Positions 55,552 to 64,000 of a stretch of DNA of 64,000 nucleotides are shown here, piece by piece. Position 1 is the first letter of the stretch; each line of letters starts with the position of its first letter. The translations under genes were made by a program, and so were the position numbers. The notes under the pieces were generated by a model. That model searched no databases. It saw only the letters and a program-made list of their open reading frames with translations, and was not told the DNA's origin. The stretch comes from Tetramitus jugosus. Taxonomy: Eukaryota > Protista > Heterolobosea. The stretch lies in contig OW569359.1 of assembly GCA_937625935.1 (NCBI GenBank), forward strand, positions 372,001 through 436,000, written 5' to 3'.

Positions 55552-55622
55552 GCGTCGATGGTGTAGAGGCAGCATCTCAGCCTTCCAAGCTGAGGACCCG
55601 GGTTCGATTCCCGGTCGACGCA
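55552..55622 (+). tRNA. tRNA-Gly(TCC)
   Basis: Acceptor stem GCGTCGA/TCGACGC, anticodon arm TCAGC-CTTCCAA-GCTGA, T-arm GGTTCGATTCC, followed by TTTT. Confidence 0.97.
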
Positions 55623-55697
55623 TTTTGTCCCTTTTCCGCGTTTTCTTTATTATTGCATGAACAAAAAAATTTTGATCTCACAACAAACACCAAAACA

Positions 55698-56447
55698 ATG
55701 AACAATAATTTACCACATCATCATCAACAACAACACCAATCGGAACAAACAACATCCATACTGTCCACTGAGACTCTCCTCATTCTCGCCACTGCATTCA
55801 TCGGTGGTGCCCTATTTTCCTCCTTTTGTCACAAATTTTTATTTAAAAACAACACATGTGTGTCATTGTCATCATCATTAGCAGTAGAGAAGAAGGATGA
55901 TACGAATCAAAAAGAGGAGAAACCAAAAGATGATATCAGCAAAAAAGAAGAAGACAATGATGATGAAGAATTGACTGATTTGGAAAATTTATCAACAGAT
56001 GACGAACAAGATGATGATGGAGAAGAAGAAGAAGACGATGAAGAGGAAGAAGAAGATTATGAACGGAAAAAAATGGTTCTCGTTGTGCGAACCGATCTGA
56101 AAATGGGTGTTGGAAAAGTGGCGGCACAGTGCAGTCATGCCACGTTGGGTGTCTATCGTAGAGTTGTGCGGCGACACAAGATGCGCCGATCAGAAAAAAC
56201 GGGTCGCGACGTCAATTGGTTAATGGATTGGAGTGAGAGTGGTTGCGCAAAAATTGCGCTGCGTGTGAATACGCTGGACGAGATGAATAAGATTCGTGAA
56301 GCTGTGGACCAGTTGGGATTGCCGTCTTATCTTGTGATTGATGCAGGAAAAACGCAAATTGCTCGCAACAGTGCGACTGTGCTTGCTGTTGGACCAGCGC
56401 CAGAGAGCTTGGTCAACAGTTGCACAGGACATTTGAAGTTGTTGTAA
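55698..56447 (+). CDS. PTH2: Peptidyl-tRNA hydrolase 2
   Basis: KMVLVVRTDLKMGVGKVAAQCSHA, DAGKTQI, TGHLKLL; N-terminal anchor. Confidence 0.95.
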   Translation: MNNNLPHHHQQQHQSEQTTSILSTETLLILATAFIGGALFSSFCHKFLFKNNTCVSLSSSLAVEKKDDTNQKEEKPKDDISKKEEDNDDEELTDLENLSTDDEQDDDGEEEEDDEEEEEDYERKKMVLVVRTDLKMGVGKVAAQCSHATLGVYRRVVRRHKMRRSEKTGRDVNWLMDWSESGCAKIALRVNTLDEMNKIREAVDQLGLPSYLVIDAGKTQIARNSATVLAVGPAPESLVNSCTGHLKLL

Positions 56448-56876
56448 AGATTTACAAGTTTTTAATTTTATAATTTACAATCTGAAAAATACAAAAAATG
56501 CACAACAATTAAAAAGATCGTTGGCCAAAAGGGAAGTTGTGAGCAGGAAATCATATTGTTCATCATCATCTTCTTCTTCTCACACCCTTTGTTGTTGTTA
56601 ATTGAGGAGGAGAGCATGTGAAATTGCAATGAACTTCAGATGAAGTACCCCCTAATGGCTTCAATGATCATTGCAAGTCCTTTTGGGTTCACACGGACGT
56701 ATTCCTTCGATGTCAATACTCTTGACAACTAGAAGGCTCCAGAAACAAGATCAATCCTAATTATACAACATTTGAGCTTGCTCATGGTGAATTGGAGGCT
56801 GTATCCTCTTTCAACAAACCACTGCAACTATTACACGTGTAAATATCGGTCATCTCATTGAAACTACTAGCGTCGT

Positions 56877-58337
56877 CTACAGTGTAACAGAACTGATATC
56901 GAACCTAGGTCTCGAAAACTTTGGAGACCTAGACAATCTCGTTCCTGTTCGTTCTGCACCATTGCTAGCAGGCAGAGACAAACGACCATTGGCTCCTCTA
57001 GGAGGTGATGAAAGCTCTGTTTTCAATGCCGTGATGATTGACATTTTTCTCTGCATCTCCTCATTGGATTTTTGAACAAGCAAATCGGCTTCAATGGTCG
57101 CTGCTTCCACGTCAGTCGTTCTCGTAAATCGTGGCGATGAATTCAACGATTGAGAACCACCACTGTGCACAGCAGCAGCAGAAGCAGAGCTTGCGAGATG
57201 GAATCTAGGAGGAGAAACAGGAAAGTGAGTGGTCAATAAAGAGGGTGAAGACACTGATCTCTGTCTTGAACACTCGATCCAGGAAGGCAAATGAGTCGAT
57301 CGAGCTACTCTCATTACAATACCACCTCCAACACTGTTGCGTGAGTGAGTATTGTTGTTTGGATCATAGGACGCAATAGGCGATGATCCATGATAGCTCA
57401 TGCTGTTTGCACTGGGAGGTGTTCTTGGAGGGTGGTTTCTAGCCAAAGAATCGCCCCCTACAACACTACCATTGTGATCAAATTGAGTGGTGAGTGGTGT
57501 GAGACTGCCTCTTGGAGTAGTAGCTATGGGTCTTGGAGAGCTTCGAGGAGAAGACGATGAATGATTGCTGCCTACAGAAGAAGCAGAGCTCATGTTGCTA
57601 CTGCTGTGTCCGTTGCTGCTACCGTTTTTGAGCGGGTGCTCTTCCTCTTCGCTGCTGCTGCTTTGGGAGGTTGAAGCATAGCTGCTGCTTAGTTCTTCAT
57701 CAGAAAATTCTGACGTTGACTCCTCCTCATCTTCCTCACTCACAATGTGCAAATTGTCCAGTAAATGGTCCTCAATGTCCGATTCGAGTGGCGGGAGTGT
57801 ATTCAGCAGAGTTTGCTGTTGCAGTGTATTGTTGCGCTGCGTATTGTGGGAGGAATAGGGGGAAGCTACGCGATTATGCGCACCGCTGGACATGGGTGTC
57901 TCAGGGGTCGAAAATCCATTCACCATCATGGAAGGAAGCGAGCTTTTCAATAAATTTTCCCGAATGACCTTTTGGTGCAAAGATCCCGCCGTAGTTGCTG
58001 AACGGTTACTCACCGTCGAAGAAATGGAAGAAGCTACAGCAGCAACAGGAGGGGAGGTTGAATTCGACGACAACGTTTGAGGAAAGTTCAAGAGTACCGT
58101 TGTGTTGCTGGTACGTTCACTGTACAGAACATTGCTCTCATAGACCACTTGTTCATCATGAGAGATGGACATTGGAGGACTATTGTTATTGGTGGTGCTG
58201 CTGCTGCTATTCCTTCTTCTCTCTTGTGCTTCACTTGAAGCATTATTGTCCCAGAATGGCATTGCCATATTGTTGTCGTTGTTGGATATGAGCTCCTCGT
58301 TCGATTTGTTCTTAGTATTATTATTATTGTTCATCAT
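56877..58337 (-). CDS. Ser-rich low-complexity protein, unknown function
   Basis: 486-aa ORF, largely disordered, with many SPR motifs. Confidence 0.7.
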   Translation of the reverse strand: MMNNNNNTKNKSNEELISNNDNNMAMPFWDNNASSEAQERRRNSSSSTTNNNSPPMSISHDEQVVYESNVLYSERTSNTTVLLNFPQTLSSNSTSPPVAAVASSISSTVSNRSATTAGSLHQKVIRENLLKSSLPSMMVNGFSTPETPMSSGAHNRVASPYSSHNTQRNNTLQQQTLLNTLPPLESDIEDHLLDNLHIVSEEDEEESTSEFSDEELSSSYASTSQSSSSEEEEHPLKNGSSNGHSSSNMSSASSVGSNHSSSSPRSSPRPIATTPRGSLTPLTTQFDHNGSVVGGDSLARNHPPRTPPSANSMSYHGSSPIASYDPNNNTHSRNSVGGGIVMRVARSTHLPSWIECSRQRSVSSPSLLTTHFPVSPPRFHLASSASAAAVHSGGSQSLNSSPRFTRTTDVEAATIEADLLVQKSNEEMQRKMSIITALKTELSSPPRGANGRLSLPASNGAERTGTRLSRSPKFSRPRFDISSVTL

Positions 58338-59344
58338 CGTATGTTTTTTTTGGTGAGTGGAGAGTCTTTGGATGGGAGTGGTGCAGTGTAAGGAGTGGTG
58401 AAAAAAAATGTTGTTGTTGCTTCTCTAGGATTGCAATTTGAAGTTCTTTTTTAGTATAAATACAGCTGCTTTTGTTTGTTGTTTGTGTTGATGGTGTGAT
58501 TTTCGTGTGTTTGATGTCAAGTCGATGGGCACGAATCAAGTAGTTGCGAAAAAGGATGTCAATGATGTTGTTGGTAGGATGACGACTCACAAGTGTGTGG
58601 ATGTCAATTGCTTATTGAAGAGACCAAAAAAGCAAATTCAACAGCGTCCCAACGGGTGTCTGGGTGAGATGCGAAAGGAAAAAAAATTGAGCGGATTTTT
58701 TCTCGTGAAACTATGTACACTGAAGTGGTCTGTTAGGGTTTGGTTGCTTGAGAACCAATGGAAAGGTTAAGCTCTTGTTTCTATACTACTTCTAAGTGAT
58801 ACACCTGGTTGACTCTGGTAGGGTGAGTAGTTTGATAGTTTGTTGTTGAGGTGTTTCTCTCTGTTCGTCGTGGGTGTCTGTTTCCGAATGATGGAAGGCT
58901 CAAAAAAACTATGGGGGGAGAACATGTTGGTAACGACCTAATGGGACCAAAGCGAAAGACAATTGGATGGGTATTCTCTTGAACATACTTGGTAAAATGT
59001 TGATCGGAGGATCAATAAATAAAGAAAAACTCTTTATCCTGCCTTGATCGCTTGTTCTCAAACTTCCTCAGCGCATTACCGTTGAGTGTCGCTGATCGTG
59101 AATGCACTTGTGCCAACTGTGGAAAGTGCTCATGGTTGATATCAGACTGTAGTGCCAAGTGAACGGCAGGGACTACAGGTAGAGTTCAAAGGAAGAGAGG
59201 CTGCGTTTTGGCAATTGAACGAACTTTCCTTCCAAGTGGGTTGCTATTTATCTGTCGAAAGGTTTGACAAAACATCAGATGTCACATGAGTTTTCAGAAA
59301 AAATATAACAAGAGGATCAGAGTGTATTTGAAAAATGTTTGGAC

Positions 59345-61111
59345 TTACGCGGTGTTTGCTGTGGTTTCATTTTGTCCATCTTGTGAAACTGTGGCTTGAG
59401 CATGATGCAAAGAAAATGGATTTCGTTCAGCAAATTCCTCACCCCAAGATTCCATTCCTCCTTGCATCTCTTCTTCATTGAGCAAGCACTCATCGAGTAT
59501 TTGGGACACTGCACTGTGATCCATCTTTAATCCAATGATGACAATTTCCTGTCTTCTATCTCCATATGGTTCCTCCCACTTGGCTGCTTCCTTAATCTTC
59601 TTCCATGTTTCCACATCATCCTGTGGTGGAAGTCTCGGGTCATCAGAGCCTGCAATCCAGATTCCCTTTTGTGAGAATCTAAATGTTTGACCGGCTGTTG
59701 CCCATTCGTAGAAAATCTTGTTGTCTGACGCAAGCCAGAAAAAGCCCTTTGATCTGATCACACCCTTCAGTTTGCTCTCTTGAATACAAGACCACAACTT
59801 GTCTGGATTGAATGGTACTCTTCTTCTGTAAACGAAGCTGGATATTCCGAATTGTTCCGTTTCAGAAACATGTTCATCGCTCAGCTCCCGAATCCATCCG
59901 GGTGCATTGGCAGCTCTCTCCATATTGAATAAACCTGTGTTCAGAACAGTGCTCAGATCAACCTTACCAAATGATGCAGTAACTATTTTGGCATCTCTGT
60001 TCAGTTGAAGAATAATAGACTTGAGAGTTTGTAATTCTTCTTCTGAGATGAGATCTGTCTTATTGAGGATAATGACATTGGCAAATTCGATTTGATCGAC
60101 CAACAGGGACACAACATCTCTTGCATCCCCTTCTCCTGCAGACATGTCTCTATCAATCAGATTATCAGCTGATTGATAGTCTCTTAAGAAGTTGAAGGAG
60201 TCGACCATGGTGACCATTGTATCCAATCTTGAAATTTGTGACAAGCACTTGCCCATGTGATCTTGGAAGGAAAATGTTTGAGCCACAGGAAGTGGTTCCG
60301 AAATGCCGGTAGATTCAATCAATAAGTAATCAAAACGCTTTTGTTTTGCGAGACGGGACACCTCTAACAGCAAATCTTCTCTCAATGTACAACAGATACA
60401 TCCATTACTCATCTCTACCAATGAATCCTTCAATCGAGACAAGTGATCTTGTTCTTCTTCACTTTGTTTCACGAGTTCAGCATCAATGTTCACCTCAGAC
60501 ATGTCATTCACAATCACAGCAACCCTGAGGCCTTCTCTATTGGACAAAATGTGATTCAAAAGAGTTGTCTTTCCTGAACCTAAAAATCCTGAGAGCACCG
60601 TAACTGGAAGTTTGTCCGATTCATCCAGATCTGCTCCTTGTTGTTCACCATCCTTATTCTCGCTTGGCATGACATTGCTCAAGTTTCCATGCATGATGTC
60701 GAGAACATCGTTCCTGAGCTCTTTCATGATGGAGTTCTTGGGTGCGAGCTCTATTCCCTGATCCAATGTTTCTATACAGTCTTGATACCTGCCAAGCAGT
60801 GACAATGCGAGACCTTTTCTGAAGTAGGCTTGAACAAATTCCTTGTTGATACTGAGTGCTCTCTCAGCATCCGCCAGTGACAGTTCATGAGCACCCACGA
60901 CAGTCAATGCAGCAGATCTCAAACAGAGAACAAATGGAGCTTGCTTCTCTGGCAGTAACTCTAGCGCTTGCGAGTATTTTTCAATGGCTTGTTCATACTC
61001 GTCTCGCGCAGCCAACACAGATGCATCTCTCAAAAGTAATTCTGGATCTTCGATCTCACTCTCGGTGTTGTTTTTGTGGTTGTTGGGTTCCTGTTCAGTG
61101 ATTTGGGTCAT
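59345..61111 (-). CDS. COG0523/CobW-family G3E zinc metallochaperone GTPase with N-terminal TPR domain
   Basis: [45 protein letters not shown]; three TPR-like helical repeats at the N-terminus. Confidence 0.93.
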   Translation of the reverse strand: MTQITEQEPNNHKNNTESEIEDPELLLRDASVLAARDEYEQAIEKYSQALELLPEKQAPFVLCLRSAALTVVGAHELSLADAERALSINKEFVQAYFRKGLALSLLGRYQDCIETLDQGIELAPKNSIMKELRNDVLDIMHGNLSNVMPSENKDGEQQGADLDESDKLPVTVLSGFLGSGKTTLLNHILSNREGLRVAVIVNDMSEVNIDAELVKQSEEEQDHLSRLKDSLVEMSNGCICCTLREDLLLEVSRLAKQKRFDYLLIESTGISEPLPVAQTFSFQDHMGKCLSQISRLDTMVTMVDSFNFLRDYQSADNLIDRDMSAGEGDARDVVSLLVDQIEFANVIILNKTDLISEEELQTLKSIILQLNRDAKIVTASFGKVDLSTVLNTGLFNMERAANAPGWIRELSDEHVSETEQFGISSFVYRRRVPFNPDKLWSCIQESKLKGVIRSKGFFWLASDNKIFYEWATAGQTFRFSQKGIWIAGSDDPRLPPQDDVETWKKIKEAAKWEEPYGDRRQEIVIIGLKMDHSAVSQILDECLLNEEEMQGGMESWGEEFAERNPFSLHHAQATVSQDGQNETTANTA

Positions 61112-61329
61112 GATACGATTGGGTGTAAGATGGGCAGCAAAGCAGGTTTCAATGTGTGCAATTTAGTTTTTTGTGGTTTCCAGAGTCCGCAGCGATCGCG
61201 GACACTTTCTTTTGGCCAACTCTGCGGACAACCAGCGCACATTCAATCATTCCATTGATCCTTCAACGTTGAAGAACCGTTATTCTCCATTCTCATTTCT
61301 CCTCCAGGAAAAAAACAAGCACCAAACCA

Positions 61330-63807
61330 TTGAACAAACGAAAGCGAAATTTGATGAATGCGTCGACAAAGACGGGATCTACGAGTCGGTCCACCAATGC
61401 TCGACAAGTGCACCATTACAACCACCACATCCAAGCATCTTCATCATCAACTATGAAAAACGAACCGAGTCACTCATCCTTTGTGATTGGAAATGGAGCA
61501 TTCTATCGATATCGAATCACTGATCATCATCATCACATGTATGCGAGACATGAGAAGCTTTGTTTGATGAATCCACTTTTCAAAACGAAAAATATTGTGA
61601 CAATGATGAGTGCAGGCAGTGAAGAGTTGTTTCGTCAATGTTACAACAACACGCAGCAGCAGCAGCAGCAGCGTAGTCAAAGTCATTATGCTTCTGTTCC
61701 ATTGCGTTCTGCTTCAGGCGGACAATTACGGAGTTATTTTACAACGGATGAGCACAGCGGAAAAATAATCTTGCCACAGGGAGAACCTGCTTCTCCTTTG
61801 CCAGCACAGTCTTCGTCACAATTGATATCCTCGTCACCTGTTTTGCCTAATTCTAGTTCGAACTTGATGGACTCGAATCATCGTTATCCCTTGTTCTTCT
61901 CTCGTTATCGGTTTGTTCGACAAATTGCGAACGGAGGATTTTCCCAGATTATTTTGGCGGAAGATTTGTTTACGACGGTGAATGCTCAGTACACGAGCAA
62001 TAGAGCAATGAGACAATACAAGCAAGTGGCCATTAAAATTATGAATTCAAAGCACGGTTCCATAGGATTGCACGAGAGTGAACGTATTAAGCGGTTAGAG
62101 GCATCGAATGCTGACAATAGTGTGCCTATTTCACGACTGTACAATACGTTCTACTTTGGAAAGCACTTTTGTTTGGTGTTTGAGTTGTTGGGTGAGTCGT
62201 TGCTGCTCAGGAGTCAACGGTACTCTCCAAAAACGATGCCAATGGATGATATTCGAAAAATTGCTGTGCAATTGTTGGGTGCGTTGTGCTTTTTGCGGAG
62301 AGAGGGCATTATTCATGCCGATCTCAAACCAGAGAACATTTTAATGACAAGAAAGAACAATTCTCAATCGTTGCGCGTCGCAGATTTTGGAAATGTGATT
62401 GATTATAGGAACGGAGAGGCAGAAGCCTATTTTACTAGAGATTCCATGTGCCAAACACAGTCCTATCGAGCACCAGAAGTTGTTTTCAAGCTCAGATTTG
62501 ATTATGCGATTGATATGTGGTCACTGGGTGCCATATTGTTGGAACTATATTTGGGGCGCATTGCTTTCCAGTGCTCAAACTCGTCGTCGCTAATTGACTC
62601 GATGCAAAGTTTGTTAGGTCCCATACCACATCGATTGTTCTCATCAGGAAGGCTCTATTCTCGTTATTTTCCCACAGAGAAGAATCGTCAATCTTCTCCG
62701 TCGTATTCACAACCCTATTCTCGCGCCAGGGCAATCACAGAAATGAAAGAGACACTAGGAATTGAAGACATTCAGTTTGTTTCGTTTGTGCAGGGTATGC
62801 TGACATATGATCCGAAACAACGCATGACCCCTGATCAAGCACTCAGGCATCCATTCTTGTCCTCTCTATTCCCCTTTGCAGTTGCATTTGAATCAATTCT
62901 TGTTGCTCAGGATTCTGAACAATCGGATAACACCTCGACTCATGACCCAATCAATAGCACATCCACAAGTTTTTCGTCACAAAGCCCAAATAATAGTCGA
63001 GTAGAGCTCAAACGAGAAGTACCAACTGTGCGTCGCACTTCTGAGGCACAGAAGCCATCACATGCCACTTCACACTATCTCCCGAGTCAATCCCAATCAT
63101 ATTCGAGCCAGTACTCAATAGAAGAAGACGCCTCCCCACCTGTTCCTCCACAGATCTTCCAGTCGCCACCACGCACTTCCATCCAGCAATCTCATCATTA
63201 TCCGAAACATAATGATCCAAGTCACTATACTAATTTATCTTACCACGACTATTCTCCAACCACCAGGCATGCAAAGCGACCCAGATATTTATTAGAACAG
63301 AGTCAGTACCACACGGATCCTCCATCTCCTGCCGTCAAGAGAGTCAGGAGTTACGATCATCCTGTTGTACACTCTTCTGCTGTCCTTCAACAGCATCATC
63401 CTCACTCCTATCATCCACAACCAATTTTGAGAGAACAACCTGCACTGGCACACCATTATCCATCATCCTCTGATGCTCATACTCAACACTATGCAATGTA
63501 CAACAACGAAGAGGCTTCATATTCCGGGAACGATCCCTATTTGGTGTATGAAGAAGCACCGGTCCTTGTACACCACCAACGTCCAAGTACCAGTGGTCGT
63601 CATCTCATCAAGACTACCACGACAATGATACAAGACCACCACGATGTTGTCAGTGTGCCTGTTCCCATCATGCAACACCAGCCCAACATTGCCCAACACC
63701 ATCCACATGATTATCCACAAGCTCCTCACACCACACGAATGGCACCGCAGCAGGTTCGACTCATGCGCTCCCACCACCAAATCTACCATTCTCACACTGG
63801 TCATTAA
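61330..63807 (+). CDS. CMGC protein kinase, DYRK-like (start uncertain)
   Basis: VAIK, HFCLVFELLG, IIHADLKPEN, DFG, YRAPEV, IDMWSLG. Confidence 0.92.
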   Translation: MNKRKRNLMNASTKTGSTSRSTNARQVHHYNHHIQASSSSTMKNEPSHSSFVIGNGAFYRYRITDHHHHMYARHEKLCLMNPLFKTKNIVTMMSAGSEELFRQCYNNTQQQQQQRSQSHYASVPLRSASGGQLRSYFTTDEHSGKIILPQGEPASPLPAQSSSQLISSSPVLPNSSSNLMDSNHRYPLFFSRYRFVRQIANGGFSQIILAEDLFTTVNAQYTSNRAMRQYKQVAIKIMNSKHGSIGLHESERIKRLEASNADNSVPISRLYNTFYFGKHFCLVFELLGESLLLRSQRYSPKTMPMDDIRKIAVQLLGALCFLRREGIIHADLKPENILMTRKNNSQSLRVADFGNVIDYRNGEAEAYFTRDSMCQTQSYRAPEVVFKLRFDYAIDMWSLGAILLELYLGRIAFQCSNSSSLIDSMQSLLGPIPHRLFSSGRLYSRYFPTEKNRQSSPSYSQPYSRARAITEMKETLGIEDIQFVSFVQGMLTYDPKQRMTPDQALRHPFLSSLFPFAVAFESILVAQDSEQSDNTSTHDPINSTSTSFSSQSPNNSRVELKREVPTVRRTSEAQKPSHATSHYLPSQSQSYSSQYSIEEDASPPVPPQIFQSPPRTSIQQSHHYPKHNDPSHYTNLSYHDYSPTTRHAKRPRYLLEQSQYHTDPPSPAVKRVRSYDHPVVHSSAVLQQHHPHSYHPQPILREQPALAHHYPSSSDAHTQHYAMYNNEEASYSGNDPYLVYEEAPVLVHHQRPSTSGRHLIKTTTTMIQDHHDVVSVPVPIMQHQPNIAQHHPHDYPQAPHTTRMAPQQVRLMRSHHQIYHSHTGH

Positions 63808-64000
63808 ACTTTTAACCCTGTTTGGACCAATACAACACACGTCGTTTTTTTTATCTCAGAATTATATTTCGCCGCCACAATGACACAAAACACGATTCTT
63901 ATTCCCAAAGAGTTTCCAATCTGAATTCCAAGCACAAAAAAACAGAATAACTAACATGGATATCGTCAAAAACGCATCATTTGCTCACTGTCTGTTGGTT

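Noticed and set aside
1-64000. CRISPR arrays, rRNA, and the many short antisense ORFs in the track
   Set aside because: No repeat-spacer array or rRNA was seen; the short ORFs overlap better-supported genes or low-complexity repeats.

Overview
Gene-dense, intron-poor eukaryotic DNA. An RGS-START fusion, RCC1/EGF membrane proteins, tandem Ras paralogs and short GT-AG introns suggest a heterolobosean (Naegleria-like) protist; this is an inference. Ordinary host genes occupy 1-24.4 kb and 40.6-64 kb. Between them is a ~16.2-kb foreign-looking, frameshift-rich island (24398-40587) bracketed by a ~1.27-kb imperfect direct repeat of host DNA (PEBP gene plus the 3' end of an RCC1-EGF gene). The island holds a broken class II (B12-dependent) ribonucleotide reductase, a second diverged copy of its C-terminus, Cys-rich secreted-protein paralogs, a PD-(D/E)xK nuclease, a PIN nuclease, a DUF676-type lipase, a PIF/Harbinger transposon and an 863-aa RAG1/Transib-core-like transposase between CAC-starting inverted repeats. 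Separately, two diverged 5'-truncated non-LTR retrotransposons are stacked head-to-tail upstream of a tRNA-Gly(TCC) gene. Both 5' junctions map 44 bp upstream of the tRNA, which points to a tRNA-gene-targeted LINE family analogous to Dictyostelium TRE5. All calls come from reading motifs by eye; no database search was run.
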